Shown piece by piece: positions 26,489-32,000 of a stretch of 32,000 nucleotides of DNA (within the stretch, counting starts at the first letter, position 1; every line of letters begins with the position of its first letter). Under the pieces are notes generated by a model. That model was not told the DNA's origin. It worked only from the letters and a program-made list of their open reading frames with translations, and ran no database searches. The DNA is taken from the NCBI GenBank assembly GCA_964475825.1, contig CAYYXT010000005.1:73529-105528 (forward strand), written 5' to 3'. The DNA comes from an uncultured Nitrosopumilaceae archaeon. Its GTDB lineage: Archaea > Thermoproteota > Nitrososphaeria > Nitrososphaerales > Nitrosopumilaceae. Made by a program: the position numbers and the translations under genes.

Positions 26489-28045
26489 TTATGATTTTTC
26501 TTCTAATTTTTTTGCTTGATCAAAACATCTGATAGCTTCTTCAAATTTGTCTAGAGAATTTAGTGCATTGCCTTTGTTATTCCATGCATCTGCATCTTTT
26601 GGATTAATCTCTAACATTTTATCCAAACATCTTATAGATTCTTCATATTTGCCAAGTTCGCCAAATGCACCACCTTTGTTATGCCACGCATCTGCATACT
26701 TGGGATTGATCTCCAATGCTTGATCAAAACATGTGATTGCCTCTTCATGTTTACCTAGTTTACCAAGTACAACACCTTTGTCATTCCATGCAATTATATA
26801 ATTTGGATTAATCTCTAATGCTTCATCAAAACATGTGATAGCTTCTTCAAATTTGTCTAGTCCTTCACCAAGTACAACACCTTTGTTATGCCATGCATCT
26901 ATAAAATCTGAATTAATGTTAATAGATTTATCAAAACATGTGATTGCCTCTTCATGTTTACCTAGTTTACCAAGTACAACACCTTTGTAATTCCATGCAA
27001 TTGTATAATTTGGATCAATTTTAATTGCTTTATCATAACATCTGATAGATTCTTCATGTTTACCGAGATCGTAAAATGCTCTACCTTTGTTATACCATGC
27101 CTTAGAATCATCTGAATTAATCTCTAATGCTTGATCAAAACATCTGATTGCCTCTTCATGTTTACCTAGTTCGTCAAGTGCAACACCTTTACCATTCCAT
27201 GCAATTGTATAATCTGGATTAATCTCCAATGCTTGATCACAACATCGAATAGATTCTTCATGTTTGCCGAGATCGTAAAATGCTCTACCTTTGTTATACC
27301 ATGCCTTAGAATCATCTGAATCGATGTTGATTGTATTATCATAACATTTGATAGCTTCTTCATGTTTACCGAGATTAGATAATGCAATGCCTTTGTCAAT
27401 CCACACTTCTGTAACATCTGGATTAATCTCTAATGCTTCATCATAACATCTGATAGCTTCCTCAAATTTTCCTAGTTTACCAAGTACAACACCTTTGTTG
27501 TTTAATGCGGTAGCATCATCAGGATCAATTTTAATTGCTTCATCATAACATCTGATAGATTCCTCAAATTTTCCTAGTTTACCAAGTACAACACCTTTGT
27601 TGTTTAATGCGGTAGCATCATCAGGATCAATTTTAATTGCTTCATCATAACATCTGATAGCTTCCTCAAATTTGTCAAGCTCGCCAAGTGCACTTCCTTT
27701 GTTAGTCCACATTTCTACGGCATCTGGATTAATCTCCAATACTTTATCAAAACATATGATTGCCTCTTCATGTTTACCAAGTTTACCAAGTGCAATACCT
27801 TTACTATTCCATGTAATTGTATAATCGGGATTAATCTCCAATACTTTATCAAAACATCTAATTTCTTCTTCATGTTTACCAAGTTCACCCAAGGAAAGTC
27901 CTTTGTTATGCCACGCATTTACAGCATCTGGATTAATCTCCAATACTTTATCAAAACATGCGATTGCATCTTCAAATTTGTCAAGTTTACCAAGTGCAAC
28001 ACCTTTGTTAAACCACTCTTCAGCACTTTTTTTCCTACCAAACAA
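26489..28045 (-). CDS. tetratricopeptide-repeat (TPR) protein, ~15 consecutive 34-aa repeats
   Basis: The whole 518 aa is a 34-aa periodic array: W.NKG.aLg.LGK.EEAI.C.DkaLEINPd... Confidence 0.9.
   Translation of the reverse strand: MFGRKKSAEEWFNKGVALGKLDKFEDAIACFDKVLEINPDAVNAWHNKGLSLGELGKHEEEIRCFDKVLEINPDYTITWNSKGIALGKLGKHEEAIICFDKVLEINPDAVEMWTNKGSALGELDKFEEAIRCYDEAIKIDPDDATALNNKGVVLGKLGKFEESIRCYDEAIKIDPDDATALNNKGVVLGKLGKFEEAIRCYDEALEINPDVTEVWIDKGIALSNLGKHEEAIKCYDNTINIDSDDSKAWYNKGRAFYDLGKHEESIRCCDQALEINPDYTIAWNGKGVALDELGKHEEAIRCFDQALEINSDDSKAWYNKGRAFYDLGKHEESIRCYDKAIKIDPNYTIAWNYKGVVLGKLGKHEEAITCFDKSININSDFIDAWHNKGVVLGEGLDKFEEAITCFDEALEINPNYIIAWNDKGVVLGKLGKHEEAITCFDQALEINPKYADAWHNKGGAFGELGKYEESIRCLDKMLEINPKDADAWNNKGNALNSLDKFEEAIRCFDQAKKLEEKS
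27437..27673. repeat. near-perfect 102-bp tandem duplication (2.3 copies) inside the TPR gene
   Basis: Units start at 27437, 27539 and 27641. Units 1 and 2 differ at one base (gatagCttcc versus gatagAttcc). They encode two RCYDEAIKIDPDDATALNNKGVVLGKLGKFEE[S/A]I repeats. A separate 204-bp-spaced repeat pair lies at about 27047 and 27251. Confidence 0.9.
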
Positions 28046-28112
28046 TAACTATACTAAACCTACAATTTAATGAAGATTCTGAAAGACCATTCTAAACTCT
28101 TTTTAGAATGTG

Positions 28113-28775
28113 TCATTCCTCACAATAAGGCTCGGTATCTATTTTTTTATTTTCATCACGCCTTGAATTTTCTTTTTCTATTCGTTTCAAAAATCGTTTT
28201 TTTAATGCTGTAAAATGTCTTGCAGTCCGAGGATTATTCTCTTGTCGTCTTTTTATCTCAACTTCTAATGTATTCCAATCTCTTACTATCATTTCGCCAT
28301 AAGTATCAAAAAATAATTCCTTATCCACTAAATCATTTAGAACTAGAACGGACACCTGATCAAATGAAGAAATCACTTTATCTACATAATCTTTCATATG
28401 TGGATCATCACTATTATTGAAAGATATTTCCTTTTGACTATTTTTTAATTTACAGTATTCTTTATGAACTTTCTCTCTAGATGTTCTAATGTCTATACTA
28501 CTTAGTAATTCAAAAATTTTTGTCATAGAGGTAGTTTGTAATTGCTTATTTTGATAAACCTGATTTGTATAGGCAATGACGATTGTGATTATTATTCCAA
28601 TAATGGCAACTAAAGCTAACATCCTATCATCATACTCAAAATTCGGATAATCCATAGTCATTATGATGTATCCAAACACCACTAGAACTCCAATAATTAT
28701 ACCGATAATACTACTATGCCAAAGAGTTTTTTCAGTATATTTTGACCAACTAACATCCCTAAATTGTTCAAGCAT
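28113..28775 (-). CDS. membrane-anchored protein (two N-terminal TM helices plus a helical cytoplasmic domain; DUF4760-like by eye)
   Basis: TM helices SSIIGIIIGVLVVFGYIIM and LALVAIIGIIITIVIAY. The C-terminal region VISSFDQVSVLVLNDLVDKELFFDTYGEMIVRDWNTLEVEIKRRQ...PRTARHFTAL is reminiscent of DUF4760-type proteins. The family call is from memory and needs an HMM check. Confidence 0.5.
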   Translation of the reverse strand: MLEQFRDVSWSKYTEKTLWHSSIIGIIIGVLVVFGYIIMTMDYPNFEYDDRMLALVAIIGIIITIVIAYTNQVYQNKQLQTTSMTKIFELLSSIDIRTSREKVHKEYCKLKNSQKEISFNNSDDPHMKDYVDKVISSFDQVSVLVLNDLVDKELFFDTYGEMIVRDWNTLEVEIKRRQENNPRTARHFTALKKRFLKRIEKENSRRDENKKIDTEPYCEE

Positions 28776-28819
28776 TTGTAATTCTTAAATGAAGAATGGA
28801 ATATAAAAACAAGATATTG

Positions 28820-29893
28820 TCAAATAATTAAATCAGTTCTTTTACCAATACAAAATTCAGCGAGATTCTGAATCATAATTTTTGCAATAGTGATTTCTTG
28901 AACATTTTTCAATCCATCTTTTGTCTTTGCCCCATGTCTAAACTTGTATCTTCTATCTTGCTGAAATGTTCTTTCCAATAATTCCAAGAATTTTCTAATC
29001 AGATTATACTCCATAACTACAACCCCGTCTCTAGTATGAGTAAATTCATCTAATCGAATTCTCTGATTGTGATCTTTGATATTTGCAATCTTGAATACTG
29101 TATAATCAACTAGCCACCTGAAAGGCTCTATCATGTCATACACTAACGGTTGAAATCCTGTATGAGGCTTGTGATAAAACCCATAGTAAGCATCTAATCC
29201 AAATCCATTTACAAATTTAGAAATCTCACCAGCTAGTACGGCATAACCATAGTTTAGTAAAGCATTGATTACATCAGTAGCCTGATTTTTTGATATTTTC
29301 ATTTTAGACTGATTTCTTGAATGAAATTCGTATCTTTCGGGAATTAATCTGGCAAATGCTCTAAAGTAAATGTGAGATGTTTTTGCTTCGTTTTGAATAG
29401 GGGTAGAAATACTAGATAGATCAGCAAGATACGATTCTAGTTTTGAAATAGCATCTGTGACCTCATCTCTTTGAATAAGTTTGAGAAATCTGATTTGTGA
29501 TTCTAGTTTTGCCTTTACAATCTGTCTTGATAGATACTTACATTTCTCAGGGTTTCTAAATGTGTCATACTGAGCAATTCGATAATTTGTTGCCGTTAAT
29601 GATTCCATTACTGGATTTAGATAAGTAATTGGTTTTCCGTATGTATCAACTAAAATGACATTTCGATTATTCTCAGATAATAGGCTTAATGCTTCAGTTG
29701 AAATGTATCCCTTACCTTGCAGAACTATCTTTTCGTATGGCATATTTTTGACATACCATGATTCTATTTGTGGCTCTGAGAAAGGATCAAAACAGTTCTT
29801 CAAAATTATCTTTGAATCTTTTACTGAAATAGAATGACCATATCCTTTTAGAAATTTGATGTTGTAATGGTTTTTCTGTCCTATCAACGTCAT
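28820..29893 (-). CDS. cas1: Cas1-family integrase (casposase)
   Basis: 357 aa. N-terminal beta-domain (NHYNIKFLKGYGHSISVKDSKIILKN), then NALLNYGYAVLAGEI and YGFYHKPHTGFQPLVYDMIEPFRWLVD, which match the Cas1 catalytic His and acidic motifs (GflH......aLv.DlmEpfR). The start lies 31 nt inside the right TIR boundary. Confidence 0.9.
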   Translation of the reverse strand: MTLIGQKNHYNIKFLKGYGHSISVKDSKIILKNCFDPFSEPQIESWYVKNMPYEKIVLQGKGYISTEALSLLSENNRNVILVDTYGKPITYLNPVMESLTATNYRIAQYDTFRNPEKCKYLSRQIVKAKLESQIRFLKLIQRDEVTDAISKLESYLADLSSISTPIQNEAKTSHIYFRAFARLIPERYEFHSRNQSKMKISKNQATDVINALLNYGYAVLAGEISKFVNGFGLDAYYGFYHKPHTGFQPLVYDMIEPFRWLVDYTVFKIANIKDHNQRIRLDEFTHTRDGVVVMEYNLIRKFLELLERTFQQDRRYKFRHGAKTKDGLKNVQEITIAKIMIQNLAEFCIGKRTDLII

Positions 29894-29924
29894 AACGAAA
29901 ATTATTACTTTTAGTATTTAGAAA

Positions 29925-29997
29925 ATTTCCAACAAATCATAGTTCATCATTACTTTAGTCAGACGCAGGTTTTTGTGAGTAAAGAGGGGGGACTGCC
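29925..29997. repeat. right terminal inverted repeat of casposon
   Basis: Perfect reverse complement of the left TIR. It contains a G6 run that is unusual for this AT-rich sequence. Confidence 0.95.
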
Positions 29998-30016
29998 TTT
30001 TTATTCTCTGTCAATA
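29998..30016. repeat. 19-bp direct repeat / target-site duplication, right copy, overlapping the aEF-2 stop codon
   Basis: Identical to 21625-21643. On the minus strand it covers 1 nt of the Tyr codon, codons I-D-R-E, the stop (30001-30003) and 3 nt beyond. Confidence 0.9.
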
Positions 30017-32000
30017 TATTCGTCTATGCCAGGAGGTTCTGGTGCAAGACCCTTTCTCTTTCTTATTTCTGCAATTGCAGTAGCAGCTATAGATTTTGGA
30101 AGTTCAGTCCATGCCTTAAAGGAAGTATTCCAAGTTGCGCGTCCAGCTGTTTGACCTCTCATTGCTTCTGAAAGTGTAAATGTTTCAGATGCTGGAATTT
30201 CACCAATAATAATACTGGAAGCTCCTTTTTGTGACATATCAAGTACCTTTCCGCGTTTTCCAGATAATACAGTAGCAACATTTCCTACTAGATCGGTTGG
30301 AACTCTAACTTCAATTGCAAGCATTGGTTCGAGTATTGTAGTTCCTGCTGTTAAAAGTGCACCCATACAAGCACGTCTAGAAGCAGGACCCAATTGAGAT
30401 AGCCCTCTATGAGCAGTATCTTCGTGAGGAACAAAATGAGTAAAAGTAAACTTACAATCCCTCATTTGCTCTTTGCATAAAGGACCTTCTTTCATAACTT
30501 CTTCAAATCCAGAATTAATAGAGTCTGTAGATTCTTGAATAAATTGAACACCTTTTGTTCCATTAATCATAACATTTCCACGTGAATCCAATCTCATAAT
30601 TCTCTTAATAGTATCAGTATCCCAACCAGCACCCTTGAGAAGGTCAGCCACCACCTTTTTGTCTTTCATGTCACTGACTTCACCTGTTCTAAGCATATGT
30701 GCAATAGCAGGTTCTAACGGTTCAACTTTCATGAAAATCTTGTTATGTCTATTAGGTGATTTTGCCATGATTGGTTCACATTTACCTTTGACAGTTTCTC
30801 GGTAATTGATAAGTGGTTCAGATGTAATAATTTCCAATTTAGTATCTTGAATACGATGTGTAGCTACATCAAGATGAAGTACGCCCATTCCGGCAACAAG
30901 GGTTTCACCTGTTTCTTCATCGATTTTTACTACTAGGTTAGGATCTTCAATTGTTAGTTGTTTGAGAACCTCAACCAGTTTAGGTAAATCTTTTGGATGT
31001 TTTGGCTCAATTGCGATTTGAACGACAGGTTCTGAAACATATTTGACTCCTTCAAACATTTGTATACCTTTAACAGATGAAATTGTATTGCCTGCTCTGG
31101 CTTCAGTTAATCCCAATAATGCAGGAATGTTTCCAGCACCTAGTTCGCCAATTTGCTCTCTTTGGTTACCCATGAAAAAGTTTACAGATTGAACTCTTCC
31201 TTCTCGTTTTGAATCTATAATGTTAACTGTTTGTCCATCCTTTATTGTTCCTGAAAATAATCTACCAATTGCAACAGGTCCAGCAGCAGCATCCAACACC
31301 ATGTTAACAACCATCATAATTGTTGGTCCATCATCACTACATGCCAAAAGCGCTTTTCCGATATCAGATTCAAGATCACCTTTCCAAATTTTAGGAATTC
31401 TATATTTTTGAGCAACGTGTGGCGGTGGAACATGTTTAACTACCATTCCCAATACAGCGTCAGCCAACGGAGCTCTTTCTACTAACGCATCAACTTTTTC
31501 ATTTTTATATGCGTCAATAACCTCTTTGAAGGTAATTCCTTTTTCTTTCATAGTATCTACGTTAAATGCCCACTTGTCTTTAGCAGAACCAAATGTTACA
31601 CTAGCATCTTGGATTGATACTTTCCATTTTTCTTTGTACTCCGGTTCTGCATAAGTATCAACTAATTGGTTAAAGCTAGACACTACACCTGCAAGTGTTT
31701 CTTGCATTTTTTCTGGAGTTAAACGAAGTTCTTTAATTAATCGATCTACTTTATTGATAAAGAGAACTGGTCTGACTCTTTCTTCTAGTGCCATTCTTGT
31801 TACAGTTTCTGTCTGAGTCATGATTCCTTCAACTGCATCGCAAACAACCACTGCTCCGTCAATTGCTCTAAGGCTTCGAATTACCCTTCCACTAAAATCA
31901 ACGTGTCCAGGTGTATCAATCATGTTAATGACATATTCTTTGTCTTTTTGTGTAAAGTGTAATGTGACGTTTGCTTGATAAATTGTAATTCCTCTTGCCT
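30001..32000 (-). CDS. fusA: translation elongation factor aEF-2 (N-terminus beyond window edge)
   Basis: ...ARGITIYQANVTLHF...MIDTPGHVDFSGRVIRSLRAIDGAVVVCDAVEGIMTQTETV...FINKVDR shows the GTPase G2-G4 motifs, and domains II-V are typical of EF-2. The reading frame continues past the track's internal Met to position 32000. Confidence 0.95.
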   Translation of the reverse strand, partial: ARGITIYQANVTLHFTQKDKEYVINMIDTPGHVDFSGRVIRSLRAIDGAVVVCDAVEGIMTQTETVTRMALEERVRPVLFINKVDRLIKELRLTPEKMQETLAGVVSSFNQLVDTYAEPEYKEKWKVSIQDASVTFGSAKDKWAFNVDTMKEKGITFKEVIDAYKNEKVDALVERAPLADAVLGMVVKHVPPPHVAQKYRIPKIWKGDLESDIGKALLACSDDGPTIMMVVNMVLDAAAGPVAIGRLFSGTIKDGQTVNIIDSKREGRVQSVNFFMGNQREQIGELGAGNIPALLGLTEARAGNTISSVKGIQMFEGVKYVSEPVVQIAIEPKHPKDLPKLVEVLKQLTIEDPNLVVKIDEETGETLVAGMGVLHLDVATHRIQDTKLEIITSEPLINYRETVKGKCEPIMAKSPNRHNKIFMKVEPLEPAIAHMLRTGEVSDMKDKKVVADLLKGAGWDTDTIKRIMRLDSRGNVMINGTKGVQFIQESTDSINSGFEEVMKEGPLCKEQMRDCKFTFTHFVPHEDTAHRGLSQLGPASRRACMGALLTAGTTILEPMLAIEVRVPTDLVGNVATVLSGKRGKVLDMSQKGASSIIIGEIPASETFTLSEAMRGQTAGRATWNTSFKAWTELPKSIAATAIAEIRKRKGLAPEPPGIDEYIDRE

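Larger units (their letters stand above)
21644..29997. mobile_element. casposon (Cas1-integrase plus protein-primed PolB self-synthesising transposon), ~8.35 kb, apparently intact
   Basis: Perfect TIRs (21644-21720 / 29925-29997), a flanking 19-bp direct repeat, a full-length Cas1 homolog and a full-length family-B polymerase with all exonuclease and polymerase motifs. The insertion is at the 3' end of aEF-2. Confidence 0.9.

Noticed and set aside
26489-28045. Regularly spaced DNA repeats that might be mistaken for a CRISPR array near cas1
   Set aside because: The period is 102 bp (34 codons). The repeats are contiguous with no unique spacers, and they lie in one long open frame encoding TPR units.
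811-31411. Track ORFs lying antisense to or inside longer, well-supported genes (811-1005, 1843-2055, 2499-2705, 2538-2870, 3996-4178, 4536-4730, 6826-7038, 7884-8069, 8857-9099, 9162-9350, 9728-9910, 10670-10903, 11372-11614, 12833-13075, 14611-14880, 16813-17016, 17531-17716, 21912-22211, 22971-23162, 23132-23362, 25023-25208, 27166-27417, 27715-27918, 27770-28048, 28220-28420, 29655-29837, 31220-31411)
   Set aside because: These are shadow ORFs typical of AT-rich DNA. Their products are low-complexity or Cys/Phe/Ile-rich, and each overlaps a gene with clear family motifs or better coding appearance.
1-32000. Search for cas2, cas4, effector cas genes or any repeat-spacer array to go with the two cas1-like sequences
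   Set aside because: I found none by eye on either strand. The Cas1 homolog is therefore interpreted as a transposon integrase, not an adaptation module. An array beyond the window cannot be excluded.

Overview
AT-rich archaeal chromosome segment. The gene content (aEF-2, archaeal PurP, TatA/TatC, UbiX, a plastocyanin-like cupredoxin, secreted proteins with IPDW...GI C-terminal repeats) suggests a Nitrosopumilus-like thaumarchaeon; this is an inference, no rRNA is present. Positions 1-7.1 kb hold housekeeping genes (purQ, purS, tatC, tatA, ubiX, purP). Positions 7.1-20.5 kb hold a dense run of small hypothetical, winged-helix and zinc-ribbon genes, a large secreted protein, a blue-copper protein and two candidate small structured RNAs. 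Main result: 21625-30016 is an ~8.35 kb self-synthesising transposon of the casposon type. It carries a Cas1-family integrase (casposase, 28820-29893) and a protein-primed family-B DNA polymerase (22789-24606). It is bounded by perfect ~73-80 bp terminal inverted repeats and a 19 bp direct repeat. It is inserted exactly at the stop codon of the aEF-2 gene (30001-32000, minus strand). I saw no CRISPR array, cas2 or cas4 in the window. This matches the thaumarchaeal (family 1) casposon architecture known from the literature. Points that go beyond a plain casposon call: (i) directly left of it, sharing the middle att copy, lies the remnant of a second, diverged casposon, with a 91-aa Cas1 N-terminal fragment, a secreted SNase-like nuclease gene and a diverged terminal repeat, so the locus is a tandem array at one att site; (ii) the intact element carries cargo, namely a TIR-like-domain protein, a ~15-repeat TPR protein with near-perfect 102 bp tandem duplications, and a membrane-anchored protein; (iii) the casposase gene lies 107 nt downstream of, and co-directional with, aEF-2. 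All functional calls come from reading the translations by eye; no searches were run.
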